The notes below the pieces were generated by a model. It did not search any database, had not been told where the DNA came from, and saw only the letters and a list, made by a program, of their open reading frames with translations. The position numbers were made by a program, and so were the translations under genes. From NCBI GenBank assembly GCA_009380075.1, contig WHSO01000001.1, positions 108,266 through 172,265 of the forward strand: a stretch of DNA of 64,000 bases. The letters run 5' to 3'. Origin of the DNA: Alphaproteobacteria bacterium. Lineage in GTDB: Bacteria > Pseudomonadota > Alphaproteobacteria > SMXQ01. Of the stretch, positions 30,996 to 41,041 are shown one piece after another (position 1 is the first letter of the stretch; each line of letters starts with the position of its first letter).

Positions 30996-32501
30996 GTGGC
31001 AAGGCCCGAACGTATCCCATCCGCCACATCTCGCGGCCTTGCTCCACTGATCGCCGTCATCGACATCGGATCCAATTCGGTTCGCATGGTGGTCTACACC
31101 GGCGCCGGGCGCATTTCCGCGCCGGTCTATAACGAACGGACTCTCTGTGGTCTTGGACGGGTCATGGGGTCGACGGGCCGGCTCGACCCCGACGCGGTCT
31201 CGACGGCACTGTCCCATCTCGGGCGCTTCGTGACGCTCATGGGTGCCATGGATGTCAGCCGGGTCGAGGCTTTTGCGACGGAAGCGGTACGTGCCGCGTC
31301 CGACGGCGCGGACTTCGTGGCCGAAGCCGAAAAGATCCTGGGGACGACGATCAGCATCCTCGACGGCGCGACCGAGGCCGAAACCTCGGCCTTCGGCGTC
31401 GTATCGGGTATCCCCGATGCCAGTGGCATTATGGGAGATCTTGGTGGCGGAAGCCTGGAGATCGTGGCGCTCAACGCAGGCAAGCCGGGTGATCGGGCGA
31501 CCCTGCCCATCGGCGCGTTGCGCCTCAGCGAGGCGGTGGGTGCTGTCACCGTCAAGGCGGGCGGCATCGTCGATAAGGCCCTGGCGGGCGTGAGCTGGCT
31601 CGGCGCGGCGAAGGGCAAGGCATTCTACCCGGTGGGCGGGGCCTGGCGCGCGTTCGCGACGGTCCACATGGCGCAGGAGAACTATCCCCTCCACGTCATC
31701 CACCAGTACACCCTCGGCCGCTCCGACGCGTTGGCCCTGCTTCGGCTGATCTCGCGGCTCAGTCCGAGCTCCCTCACCAAGATACGCCATGTGCCGAAGG
31801 CACGGCTCAGGACCCTTCCCCTCGCCGCGGTGGTGATGGAGCGGCTGCTCATCGCCGCACAGCCGAAGGAGGTCGTCTTTTCCGCCTTCGGGCTGCGCGA
31901 AGGATGGCTCTATCGGCGCCTGCCCGAAGCGGAACGTGCCAAGGACCCGCTGATCTTCGCCGCCGAGGAGATCGCCGCGCGCGAATCGCGTTTCGCCATG
32001 CCGGGCGACCAGCTCGATGACTGGTTGTCCGCCGTATTCCAGGACGAAACGCCGCGCCTCCGCCGCCTTCGCCGCGTGGCCGTGCTGCTCAGCGACATCG
32101 CCTGGCGCGACCATCCCGACTACCGGGCGAGGGACAGCTTTTCCCGCGTCCTGCACCTTTCGCTCACGGGAATCGATCACCGTGAACGGATTCTCCTGGC
32201 CTACATGGTCAGTTCCAGCTACGGCGGCGGGCGCACGGGGCCCGTCCGCAGTCTCGTCCTGCCGTTGGTCGATGCCGACGATGTCGACCACGCCATCACC
32301 GTCGGCCGCGCGATCCGTTTTGCCCGCACGCTGTCGGCGGGCACGATCGACGTCCTGCGCACGACACGGCTCGAGCTCGGCAAGTCGCAACTGACCCTGC
32401 ACGTGCCCAAGGGCATGGGATATCTGCTCAGCGAGGAGATTTCGCGACGCTTCGAGGTGCTGGCGCGGCGTCTGAAGCGAAAACCCCAGATCAAGGACTA
32501 G
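30996..32501 (+). CDS. ppx: Exopolyphosphatase (Ppx/GppA family)
   Basis: A GTG start 5 nt after the ppk stop gives VARPERIPSATSRGLAPLIAVIDIGSNSVRMVVY… and the actin-like ATPase fold motif DLGGGSLE. The track ORF from 30552 is a read-through of the ppk 3' region. Confidence 0.85.
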   Translation: MARPERIPSATSRGLAPLIAVIDIGSNSVRMVVYTGAGRISAPVYNERTLCGLGRVMGSTGRLDPDAVSTALSHLGRFVTLMGAMDVSRVEAFATEAVRAASDGADFVAEAEKILGTTISILDGATEAETSAFGVVSGIPDASGIMGDLGGGSLEIVALNAGKPGDRATLPIGALRLSEAVGAVTVKAGGIVDKALAGVSWLGAAKGKAFYPVGGAWRAFATVHMAQENYPLHVIHQYTLGRSDALALLRLISRLSPSSLTKIRHVPKARLRTLPLAAVVMERLLIAAQPKEVVFSAFGLREGWLYRRLPEAERAKDPLIFAAEEIAARESRFAMPGDQLDDWLSAVFQDETPRLRRLRRVAVLLSDIAWRDHPDYRARDSFSRVLHLSLTGIDHRERILLAYMVSSSYGGGRTGPVRSLVLPLVDADDVDHAITVGRAIRFARTLSAGTIDVLRTTRLELGKSQLTLHVPKGMGYLLSEEISRRFEVLARRLKRKPQIKD

Positions 32502-33699
32502 CCGCGGTCTCGCGCGATTCGCCTTGGGCCTCGGCCGGTGCCGGAGCGCCATCCAGCCGGAGCAACGTAATCGCGTGCCCGTTTGCGGCGAGGGCCAGCT
32601 TGCCGTGCTTGAGACGCAAGGCGTCCTCGCCGAACAGTTCACGGCGCCAGCCGTGCAGGGCCGGCACGTCGGCTTTGTCGTCGGCGGCGATCATCTCGAG
32701 GTCAGCCCCGCTGGCGACCAGTTTCTGGGCGACATCTTCCTTGTCACAGACCATCTTGAGCAGGAGCCTCAGCATGTCCACGAGAGGCCCCATGCCGCGC
32801 GGCAACTCCTCGCGCTGGGCCATGACGGGGCGGTCTTTTTCCGGGAGTGCACAGGCGCGGTTGACGGCGTCGATCACGTCGCGGGCGACCTGCTGCGGCA
32901 GGCCCGACCGGCCGACCGACCGGGTGCGGGCCAGTTCCGCTTCGTTGCGCGGCGTCCGGGCCGCAATGTCGAGCAGCATGTCGTCGCGCATGACCCGTGA
33001 ACGCGGCACGTCGCGTTCCTGCGCCGTGCGCTCGCGCCAGGCCGCGAGTTCCTTCAGGATGGCAAGGAACAGCGGCTTGCCGCCGCGCAGCTTGATGCGC
33101 TTCCATGCGTCCTCGGGCTCGACCACGTAGGTGCCGGGCGTGGTCATGGTCCGGATTTCTTCCTCGAGCCAGGGTGCGCGCCCCGTCTGTTCCAGGCGCC
33201 TCGCCAGCTTTTCGTACGCGACGCGCAGGTGCGTGACATCCGACAAAGCGTACTGCACCTGTTTGTCAGAAAGCGGCCGATGCGACCAGTCGGTGAAGCG
33301 CATGGATTTGTCGATGCGCGCCTTGGCAAGCTTGCTCACCAGCGTCTCGTAGCCGACGGATTCACCGAAACCGCACACCATGGCCGCGATCTGGGTGTCG
33401 AAAACCGGTTGCGGGATCCTGCCTGTCATGTGATGGAAAATCTCGATATCCTGGCGGGCGGCATGGAACACCTTGAGGGCGGGACTGTCGTTCAGAAAAT
33501 CGAACAGTGGCTGAAGATCGAGCCCGTCGGCGAGCGCGTCCACCACGGCGGCGTCCTGCGGACCGGCGAGCTGGACCAGGCACAATTTCGGCCAATAGGT
33601 GCGCTCGCGCATGAACTCGGTATCGATGGTGACGAAATCGGCACCGGCGAGGGAGGCGCAGAAACCGGCGAGGGAATCGGTATCGGTGATCAGAATCAT
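32491..33699 (-). CDS. rnd: Ribonuclease D
   Basis: MILITDTDSLAGFC...FVTIDTEFMRERTYWPKLCLVQLA is a DEDDy 3'-5' exonuclease domain, followed by an HRDC domain. Confidence 0.88.
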   Translation of the reverse strand: MILITDTDSLAGFCASLAGADFVTIDTEFMRERTYWPKLCLVQLAGPQDAAVVDALADGLDLQPLFDFLNDSPALKVFHAARQDIEIFHHMTGRIPQPVFDTQIAAMVCGFGESVGYETLVSKLAKARIDKSMRFTDWSHRPLSDKQVQYALSDVTHLRVAYEKLARRLEQTGRAPWLEEEIRTMTTPGTYVVEPEDAWKRIKLRGGKPLFLAILKELAAWRERTAQERDVPRSRVMRDDMLLDIAARTPRNEAELARTRSVGRSGLPQQVARDVIDAVNRACALPEKDRPVMAQREELPRGMGPLVDMLRLLLKMVCDKEDVAQKLVASGADLEMIAADDKADVPALHGWRRELFGEDALRLKHGKLALAANGHAITLLRLDGAPAPAEAQGESRETAASP

Positions 33700-33887
33700 G
33701 GCCGAAGCTATACACGAAACCGGCAGGGCGACGAAGAGAAAGCAGGCGGGCCGGGGCAGCGCGGTGGACCGGGACCGCGGCGGAAAGGGCCCCTCGGCCT
33801 TGACAAGCGGGGCCCAGCCGTGGCTTTTCCCTTGGCGCGGCCCTTGGCGTAAAGCGCATCCCCACCCGGAACCAGTCAGAGAGCCAG

Positions 33888-35696
33888 ATGCATCCCTACC
33901 GTACGCACACCTGCGGCGAGCTCCGCCCGGAACACATCGGTCAGACCGTCCGCCTCGCCGGGTGGGTCCATCGCAAGCGCGACCACGGCAGCCTGCTGTT
34001 TGCCGACCTGCGAGACCATTTCGGCCTGACGCAACTGGTGGTGGATAATTCGTCCCCCGTTTTCAAGGGGCTGGACGACGTGCGGCTGGAATACGTCGTC
34101 ACCGTCACCGGCCGTGTGGTGGCGCGCAGCGAGGACACGGTGAACCCCAGGCTGCCGACCGGGCACGTCGAGGTGGTCGTGGAGGGAATCGACGTCCTGT
34201 CGGCCGCCGATCCACTGCCGCTCCAGGTCAATTCCGACACCGACTACGGCGAGGAAACGCGGCTGCGCTACCGCTTCCTCGATCTCCGGCGCGAGAAGAT
34301 GCAGCGCAATATGGCGCTGCGCTCGGAAGTGATCGCCTCGATCCGGCGGCGGATGACCGCGGCGGGCTTCCGCGAATTCCAGACGCCGATCCTGACCGCG
34401 TCCTCGCCCGAGGGCGCGCGCGACTACCTCGTGCCGTCGCGCACGCATCCCGGGCATTTCTACGCGCTGCCCCAGGCGCCCCAGCAGTTCAAGCAACTCC
34501 TGATGATCGCGGGCTTCGACCGCTACTTCCAGATCGCGCCCTGTTTCCGCGACGAGGACGCCCGCGCCGACCGCTCGCCGGGGGAGTTCTACCAGCTCGA
34601 CGTCGAGATGTCGTTCTGCACCCAGGACGACGTGTTTGCGACGCTGGAGCCGGTCCTCGCGGGGGTATTCGAGGAATTCGGCGGCGGCCGGACGGTGACC
34701 AAGCCGCCGTTCCCGCGCATCGGCTACGAGGACGCGCTCCTCAGATACGGCTCCGACAAGCCCGATCTTCGCAACCCGATCATCATCTCCGATGCGTCCG
34801 AGGTGTTCCGCGGTTCGGATTTTTCCCTGTTCGCCAGGCTTCTGGACAAGGGCGCGGTGGTGCGCGCCATACCCGCGCCGGGCGCCGCGGCCCAGCCGCG
34901 CAGCTTCTTCGACAAGCTCAACGATTGGGCCCGCAGCGACATGGGCGCGGGGGGGCTGGGCTACGTCGTCTTCGACGGCGGTGAGGCGAAGGGCCCCATC
35001 GCGCGGCACCTAACGCCCGAGCGGCTCCAGCTCCTGCGCGACGGCGCCGGCGTCGGGGACGGCGATGCGGTGTTCTTCGCCGCCGGCGCCCCGGCCCAGG
35101 CGGCGGCCCTGGCCGGGGCGGCGCGCACCCGGCTGGGACAGGAGCTCGGCCTGATCGACGAACGTCGCTTCGCGTTCTGCTGGGTCGTCGATTTCCCGAT
35201 GTTCGAGCGGGACCCCGACACCGGCAAGATCGGCTTCAGCCACAACCCGTTTTCCATGCCCCAGGGGGGACTGGAAGCGCTTCTCACCAGTGACCCGCTC
35301 GAGATCAAGGCGTGGCAATACGACATCGTCTGCAACGGCGTCGAGCTGTCGTCGGGCGCGATCCGGAACCACAAGCCCGAGATCATGGAGAAGGCGTTCG
35401 AGATCGCGGGCTATTCGAAGGACGACCTCGAAACGCGCTTCGGCGGCATGTTGGCGGCACTGCGCTTCGGGGCTCCGCCCCACGGCGGTTCCGCGCCGGG
35501 CATCGACCGCATCGTCATGCTGCTCGCCGATGAGCCCAACATTCGCGAAGTCATCCTGTTCCCGATGAACCAGGCCGCCCAGGACCTGATGATGGGCGCC
35601 CCCGCCACCGTCGATCCGGCGCGCCTGCGCGAGCTGCATCTGCGTCTCGCGCTTCCACCGGCCAAAACGAAGTCCGGCAGTGACGACGCGGCGTAA
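33888..35696 (+). CDS. aspS: Aspartate--tRNA ligase
   Basis: [43 protein letters not shown]... and class II aaRS motifs (...FREFQTP..., ...[13 protein letters not shown]...). Confidence 0.95.
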   Translation: MHPYRTHTCGELRPEHIGQTVRLAGWVHRKRDHGSLLFADLRDHFGLTQLVVDNSSPVFKGLDDVRLEYVVTVTGRVVARSEDTVNPRLPTGHVEVVVEGIDVLSAADPLPLQVNSDTDYGEETRLRYRFLDLRREKMQRNMALRSEVIASIRRRMTAAGFREFQTPILTASSPEGARDYLVPSRTHPGHFYALPQAPQQFKQLLMIAGFDRYFQIAPCFRDEDARADRSPGEFYQLDVEMSFCTQDDVFATLEPVLAGVFEEFGGGRTVTKPPFPRIGYEDALLRYGSDKPDLRNPIIISDASEVFRGSDFSLFARLLDKGAVVRAIPAPGAAAQPRSFFDKLNDWARSDMGAGGLGYVVFDGGEAKGPIARHLTPERLQLLRDGAGVGDGDAVFFAAGAPAQAAALAGAARTRLGQELGLIDERRFAFCWVVDFPMFERDPDTGKIGFSHNPFSMPQGGLEALLTSDPLEIKAWQYDIVCNGVELSSGAIRNHKPEIMEKAFEIAGYSKDDLETRFGGMLAALRFGAPPHGGSAPGIDRIVMLLADEPNIREVILFPMNQAAQDLMMGAPATVDPARLRELHLRLALPPAKTKSGSDDAA

Positions 35697-35883
35697 AATA
35701 CCGCATTAAATTTTTCTTCACCTTGCACGACTGAAATGCGGATCAAGTTCTTTTGCGCCGATTTCTTTGACGCGCGGTTTCTGTTTTAAACTTTAACAGA
35801 TTTCAACTCGATAATCCTTGCCGCGTCCGGGTTCTGCTGCCCAGTATCCGCCTGTCAACGCGACATGCGGTACGGAGGCCCCA

Positions 35884-36492
35884 ATGCAGCGACACTGGTT
35901 CAGCGTTCTGGTCTGCGCATCGGTCGCGGGTGGGGCGACGGGTTGCGCGCCGATCCTGCCCCCCGCCATAATGATTGCGAGCCAGGCAATCGACGGGATC
36001 AGCTATCTCACCACCGGCAAGAGCGGTACCGACCACATTCTGTCGGCGGCGCTGGAGGAAGACTGTGCGATCCATCGCGTGGTCACGGGTGGTGCCGTGT
36101 GCCAGGTGGAGGCCACGGGGGACGTCGCGGCCGCCAGCCTGCCCGGAGATCCGGCCCCGGCTTTGGGAGACGAGGCCGAAGGCGACGCGACCGATGACGG
36201 CGCCGGTTTCGCCGAAGAGTTCGCCGAAGAGCCGGAGGCGGGGATGGCGACGGCGGCGGACGATTCATCCACCGCGCCGCGCCCGGTCGGAGACAGTATC
36301 CTGCCCGACGCGCCGGCGCCCACAATCGACGAGGCCGGGGACGAAAATCTGGCCCGGGTGCCCGTCCCGAGCCCGGACGGGCCGGCCGCCGACGACGCAG
36401 GGGTCCCGTCCGCCGCGCCCGGCAACCGCCCCGCCGATGACGAATCGGCGGGCGTATTTGCATCCCCGCCGGCGGTCCGTTCCACCGCGTAG
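35884..36492 (+). CDS. Putative lipoprotein with a long acidic, Pro/Ala/Asp-rich disordered C-terminal region
   Basis: MQRHWFSVLVCASVAGGATGC… is a signal peptide with a lipobox-like A-T-G-C. About 120 C-terminal residues are low-complexity (D/E/A/P-rich). Confidence 0.5.
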   Translation: MQRHWFSVLVCASVAGGATGCAPILPPAIMIASQAIDGISYLTTGKSGTDHILSAALEEDCAIHRVVTGGAVCQVEATGDVAAASLPGDPAPALGDEAEGDATDDGAGFAEEFAEEPEAGMATAADDSSTAPRPVGDSILPDAPAPTIDEAGDENLARVPVPSPDGPAADDAGVPSAAPGNRPADDESAGVFASPPAVRSTA

Positions 36493-36813
36493 GACGTCCT
36501 TCCGACGGCAGCTTTACCCGTTGCTCCGTTCCTCGCCGTGCCGGTCGCCGGCCGTGGCCGGTCCGGGACGGAACAATTCCAGCCGCATTTCACCCGTTTC
36601 AATAAGGAATCGCCCCGCTGGCGGTGCCGTTCCGGCGCCCCGGCGGTGCGATGAGCGTGCGTTTCACGTGTGTTTGAGGGGCGTTCCTTGCGTCTTCCAG
36701 GCGTCTTCCAGGCCGTCCGGAGCGGCGGTCGCGGCGTCATTTGCCCCCGAGGTTGGCTAGTTCGGGTCGGCAAACGGTGCCATAATGCGCCCGTTCACGC
36801 GCATCGGGCAGGA

Positions 36814-37662
36814 ATGGAGGACGTGTTGCGGTATCTGGCGATGATCGGAATGTCCATCGGCGCGGCCATGCTCGTGGCCGGCGCGACGCAGGAAGCGGCG
36901 GGGCAGGCGCGGGTGGCGTCCGTCGATACCGTCGATATCGTGCCCCATCGCGCGGTCTATGTCATCGAGCTCGGGCGCACCCGCCAGGGCGGCAACGTGA
37001 CGGGCGCGCGCGGCGCGCTGGTCATGGAATGGGAGAAGTCGTGCAGCGGCTGGACGGTGAAGCAGCAGCTCAGGCTCGACCTCACCGACAACGACGGCAA
37101 CACGGTCGAGACCGAATCCAATTTCTCCAGCTTCGAGTCCGGCGACGGCCTCCAGTACCGTTTCACGACACGGAACACGCGGGGCGGGCAGGTGACGGAA
37201 GACCTCCAGGGCAGCGCCCGGCTGGCCGCCCCGGGCGGCGCCGGCACGGCGGATTTCAGCCAGCCCAAGGGCACCCGCTTCGACCTGCCGAAGGGCACCC
37301 TGTTCCCGACCAGGCACATGGCGGAGCTGATCGCCGCCGCGCGGCGTGGCGAACGGGTGGTCTACCGGACGGTGTTCGACGGCGCCAGCCTCGACGGCCC
37401 GCTCGCGGTCAACGCCGTCGTCGGCAAGCCCCTGCTCAAGGCCACCGGCACCTGGGCCAAGGAGCCGCTGACCAACCGGCCGTCCTGGCCGATGCGGATG
37501 GCGTTCTTCCCGCTCAAGGAATCGAAGGCGGAGCCGGACTACGAACTGGGCATGCGGGTCTTCGACAACGCGGTGGGTGACGAGTACGAGCTCGACTACG
37601 GCTCGTTCACGGTTCGCGCCACGATCGAGCGGATCGAGGCGATCGCACGGCCCAAGTGCTAG
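36814..37662 (+). CDS. DUF1849-family periplasmic protein (EipB-like envelope integrity protein)
   Basis: Signal peptide MIGMSIGAAMLVAGA, then ...IVPHRAVYVIELGR..., a motif I recall as conserved at the start of DUF1849 proteins. The start could be 36814 or 36844. Confidence 0.5.
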   Translation: MEDVLRYLAMIGMSIGAAMLVAGATQEAAGQARVASVDTVDIVPHRAVYVIELGRTRQGGNVTGARGALVMEWEKSCSGWTVKQQLRLDLTDNDGNTVETESNFSSFESGDGLQYRFTTRNTRGGQVTEDLQGSARLAAPGGAGTADFSQPKGTRFDLPKGTLFPTRHMAELIAAARRGERVVYRTVFDGASLDGPLAVNAVVGKPLLKATGTWAKEPLTNRPSWPMRMAFFPLKESKAEPDYELGMRVFDNAVGDEYELDYGSFTVRATIERIEAIARPKC

Positions 37663-37854
37663 GGCCGCCCGACGGCCCGTCCCGTCCAAGGCATTGTCGC
37701 GACTGGCCAAATTTCGTTGGAGGGCCGCCGCGGCCGATGCAATCCTAACGAATTATTAATCATTTACGTCCAAGAATGCGCCGAAGGACCGGGCGGTCGG
37801 GAAACGGCATGGCCAGAGCGGTTACCTTCGAACCAAGCGAGGTACAGACGGGCT

Positions 37855-38220
37855 ATGTCGCAAAAAATACTCATCGTCGAAGACAATGAGCTCAATATGA
37901 AGCTCTTCCATGATCTTCTCGAGGCCCATGGCTACACCACCATCCAGACCCGCAACGGCATGGAAGCGGTCGGGCTCGCACGCACCCATCGGCCCGACCT
38001 GATCCTTCTCGACATCCAGCTGCCGGAAATCTCGGGTCTTGAGGTCACGCGCCAACTCAAGCAGGATGACGAATTGAAGGACATTCCCGTCGTCGCCGTC
38101 ACCGCCTTTGCGATGAAGGGGGACGAGGAGAAGATTCGCGAAGGCGGCTGCCAGGCCTATATCGCCAAGCCGATCTCGGTGTCGACGTTCATGGAAACCA
38201 TCCAGACGGTCCTGAAGTAG
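37855..38220 (+). CDS. divK: Single-domain cell-cycle response regulator DivK
   Basis: [109 protein letters not shown]. It is near-collinear with Caulobacter DivK and sits immediately upstream of pleD. Confidence 0.88.
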   Translation: MSQKILIVEDNELNMKLFHDLLEAHGYTTIQTRNGMEAVGLARTHRPDLILLDIQLPEISGLEVTRQLKQDDELKDIPVVAVTAFAMKGDEEKIREGGCQAYIAKPISVSTFMETIQTVLK

Positions 38221-38224
38221 CGTC

Positions 38225-39631
38225 ATGACAGCCCGCGTCCTCGTGGTCGACGACATGCCGGCCAACGTCAAGGTCCTTGAGGCCAAGCTGACAGCCGACT
38301 ACTTCACGGTCGTCACCGCCATGAACGGCGCGGACGCGCTGAAGCTGGCCGTGACCGAATCCCCCGATATCATCCTGCTCGACGTCATGATGCCCGGAAT
38401 GGACGGGTTCGAGGTCTGCCGGCGCCTCAAGACCAGTGCGGACACCGCCCATATTCCCGTCGTCATGGTCACCGCCCTGTCGGACATGTCGGATCGCGTG
38501 ACCGGTCTCGAGGCCGGCGCCGACGATTTCCTCACCAAGCCCGTCAACGACATCACCCTGTTCGCCCGCATCCGTTCGCTGGCGCGCATGAAGCGCGCCA
38601 TGGACGAATGGCGCATGCGCGAGGAGACCTGCGACCGCTTCGGCGTCATGTCGGCCGTCGGCGGCCCCGAGGACGAGGATGCTTCCGGCGCGGCCATCCT
38701 GATCGTCGAACCGGACGAGTATTCCGGCAAGCGCCTGAGCGCCGCCCTGGAGGCCATGAGCCACACGACATCCTGCGTCGAAAACATGGAACAGGCGTTC
38801 GAGACGGTGCGCGAAAAGCCGTTCGATCTCGTCATTTCCAGCCTCTATCTCAGCGACGGCGACGGCCTGCGGCTGACGTCGCAGCTCCGCGCCCGCGAAA
38901 ACACCAAGATCCTTCCGGTGTTGCTGGTGATCGAGCCGGAGGAGATCGGCGGTCTGGCCAAGGGGTTCGACCTCGGCGTCAACGACTACCTCGTGCGCCC
39001 GGTGGACGCCAACGAGCTCAAGGCCCGCACCCGCACGCAACTGCGCCAGAAGCGGTATCGTGAGCGCCTCCAGGACAATTACAAGCGTAGCCTGTCCATG
39101 GCCCTGACCGACGACCTGACCGGCCTTCACAACTACCGCTACCTGTCGGCGCATATCCAGACCGCGTTGCAGAACGCGAAGGAAATTCACAAGCCGATGA
39201 GCATCCTCATGCTCGACCTCGATTTCTTCAAGGCGGTGAACGATACCCACGGCCATGCGGTCGGCGACAACGTGCTCAAGGAGCTGGCGCGGCGCATGAA
39301 CCGCAACCTGCGCGAATTCGACATGCCGGCCCGCGTCGGCGGCGAGGAGTTCGTGGTCATCATGCCGGACTGCGAGCCCGAGATCGCGGTCCGCGTCGCC
39401 GAACGCCTGCGCCACGTCATCGCCGACGAACCGTTCGATGTCGGCGCCGCTGCCGGCCCGCTCAAGATCACCGCGTCGATCGGCATCGCCTGGCCGGAAA
39501 GCGACGCCGTTACCGCGAAGGCCCTGATGGAGGCGGCGGACAAGGCGATCTATGCGGCCAAGGGCAACGGGCGCAATCAGGTGGTGACCCAGGCGGGCAT
39601 AAAGAAAACGCGGCAGATGAGCCTCGGCTGA
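38225..39631 (+). CDS. pleD: Response-regulator diguanylate cyclase PleD (REC-REC-GGDEF)
   Basis: Two receiver domains followed by a GGDEF domain with the active site RVGGEEF and an upstream RxxD-type I-site context. The canonical divK-pleD operon. Confidence 0.88.
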   Translation: MTARVLVVDDMPANVKVLEAKLTADYFTVVTAMNGADALKLAVTESPDIILLDVMMPGMDGFEVCRRLKTSADTAHIPVVMVTALSDMSDRVTGLEAGADDFLTKPVNDITLFARIRSLARMKRAMDEWRMREETCDRFGVMSAVGGPEDEDASGAAILIVEPDEYSGKRLSAALEAMSHTTSCVENMEQAFETVREKPFDLVISSLYLSDGDGLRLTSQLRARENTKILPVLLVIEPEEIGGLAKGFDLGVNDYLVRPVDANELKARTRTQLRQKRYRERLQDNYKRSLSMALTDDLTGLHNYRYLSAHIQTALQNAKEIHKPMSILMLDLDFFKAVNDTHGHAVGDNVLKELARRMNRNLREFDMPARVGGEEFVVIMPDCEPEIAVRVAERLRHVIADEPFDVGAAAGPLKITASIGIAWPESDAVTAKALMEAADKAIYAAKGNGRNQVVTQAGIKKTRQMSLG

Positions 39632-39661
39632 CGCTCGACCCCCGGTATCGCGACAGCAAAA

Positions 39662-39679
39662 AGCCGGCGCAAGCCGGCT
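39662..39679. terminator. Bidirectional rho-independent terminator between convergent pleD and rpmG
   Basis: AAAAAGCCGGC-gcaa-GCCGGCTTTTGTG, a 7-bp GC stem with a tetraloop, an A-tract upstream and a T-tract downstream. Confidence 0.75.
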
Positions 39680-39707
39680 TTTGTGTATCGGGACGGGCGG
39701 CGGCGCA

Positions 39708-39875
39708 CTACTTGATCTTGGCTTCCTTGAAGATCGTGTGCTTGCGCGCGACCGGGTCGTACTTCCGCACTTCCATCTTTTCGGTCTTGGTGCGCGGGTT
39801 CTTCCTGGCCACGTAGAAATAGCCCGTCCCTTCCGAGGATTCGAGCTTGATGACGATGGTGTTCTGCTTGGCCAT
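39708..39875 (-). CDS. rpmG: 50S ribosomal protein L33
   Basis: Internal ATG giving [55 protein letters not shown] (55 aa). Confidence 0.9.
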   Translation of the reverse strand: MAKQNTIVIKLESSEGTGYFYVARKNPRTKTEKMEVRKYDPVARKHTIFKEAKIK

Positions 39876-40064
39876 GATCCGATCCCGGCTGCGGCGATGG
39901 GAAAGCCGGGAAGATAGCCATCCCGGCCCCGATGTCAAGCCGTTCCGCCTGGGGTCATACCCCGGTTTGAATTCAGGCCATGTATGGGTGGAAAGTCGTC
40001 GTTCGCCGCGGCGGCCGAACGACGCAGGCGCGCCATCAACGGACCTTGCCCCTCGGGGAAAGCG

Positions 40065-41003
40065 TTAGAGCTGGCGCACCTCTCCTGGAATGCCAAGGGG
40101 GCATTCCAGCGCTGCGCGGTCCCAGCCACCGGCCTCGGCTGCGGCGGAATAAGTCGTCGACAGGAAGTCGAGCAGCAAGGCGTCGGGCTCCGCGGCAGCA
40201 CGGACCGTGTCGTAAGGCAGGATGAACTCACCCAGCGTCATGTCGAAGCGGGCACCCGGCGTCACCGCGCGGTCGCGGAAGTCCGGCGGTTGGGGATAGG
40301 CGTAGGAGTAGAAGGCCGCCTGCGGGAAGGCATCATTTCCGGGCCAGAACCCGGCGCTGCTCACCTCGTGCGAATAGGCTTCGCGCGTGACCGCGTCGGG
40401 CAGCCCGGGCACGCCGCCCGGATGGAGCGGGGCCACCCGGCCGGAGAAACGGGTCACGGCAAGGTCGAAGCTGCCCCAGAAGAAGTGGACGGGGCTGGCC
40501 TTGCCCATGAAACCGCTGCGGAAGAGCTTGAAGATGCGATCGACCTGGACGAGCGCGCGCCAAAAGCGATGGGCCGCCGCAGCATCGTAGGCAGCGTGGG
40601 TGCGGTCCCGCGAAAAGGGGATCGGGTTGGCTACCTCGTTCGGCATCTCGTGGATGGCCACCGCGATGCCGATGCCGTTCAAGAGATCGATGACCCGAAG
40701 GTGGAAGTCGGCAACCGTCTGCGGCTCGAGCGGAAGCGTCCGTTCCTCGCCCCGGCTCGTATGAGCAACTAGGCGATGGCTCACGAAGTCGAACTCGATT
40801 TCAAGGATTTCGCTGCCGATCGGGATCGGTGACGTGCCAAGCCCGCGTGCGCTGACGTATAGCGGCACCTGCCATCCGTGATTGAGCCAAGGCGTCAGGG
40901 CCAGCCGGACCTTGCCGACGATCTGGGTCCAGAGCTGCAAGGTCGCAGCGGTCTCGCGCCAGGCAGGATAGGGCAGGTCGGGCCACAGGGCAGTGTCGTC
41001 CAT
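40065..41003 (-). CDS. DUF5996-family protein (conserved hypothetical, about 310 aa)
   Basis: Internal ATG at 41003 giving MDDTALWPDLPYPAWRETAATLQLWTQIVGKVRLALTPWLNHGWQVPLYV…, recalled as characteristic of DUF5996. The plus-strand ORF 39984..40772 is its shadow. Confidence 0.5.
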   Translation of the reverse strand: MDDTALWPDLPYPAWRETAATLQLWTQIVGKVRLALTPWLNHGWQVPLYVSARGLGTSPIPIGSEILEIEFDFVSHRLVAHTSRGEERTLPLEPQTVADFHLRVIDLLNGIGIAVAIHEMPNEVANPIPFSRDRTHAAYDAAAAHRFWRALVQVDRIFKLFRSGFMGKASPVHFFWGSFDLAVTRFSGRVAPLHPGGVPGLPDAVTREAYSHEVSSAGFWPGNDAFPQAAFYSYAYPQPPDFRDRAVTPGARFDMTLGEFILPYDTVRAAAEPDALLLDFLSTTYSAAAEAGGWDRAALECPLGIPGEVRQL

Positions 41004-41041
41004 GGAGCTCCTCCTGTCGAAGGCTGACGGGCCCCTGCGGC

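Noticed and set aside
28192-31047. 951-aa minus-strand ORF
   Set aside because: It is a chimera. Only the last 177 codons (28192-28731) are a real gene (SixA-like). The rest is the antisense frame of ppk, which has unambiguous PPK1 motifs on the plus strand.
36003-36773. 256-aa minus-strand ORF over the lipoprotein gene
   Set aside because: It is antisense to the acidic low-complexity lipoprotein tail. The plus-strand frame has a signal peptide and lipobox and is preferred.
38189-39415. 408-aa minus-strand ORF
   Set aside because: It is antisense to pleD, which has unambiguous REC and GGDEF motifs on the plus strand.
39984-40772. 262-aa plus-strand ORF
   Set aside because: It is antisense to the DUF5996 gene. 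The minus-strand product has a conserved, protein-like N-terminus.
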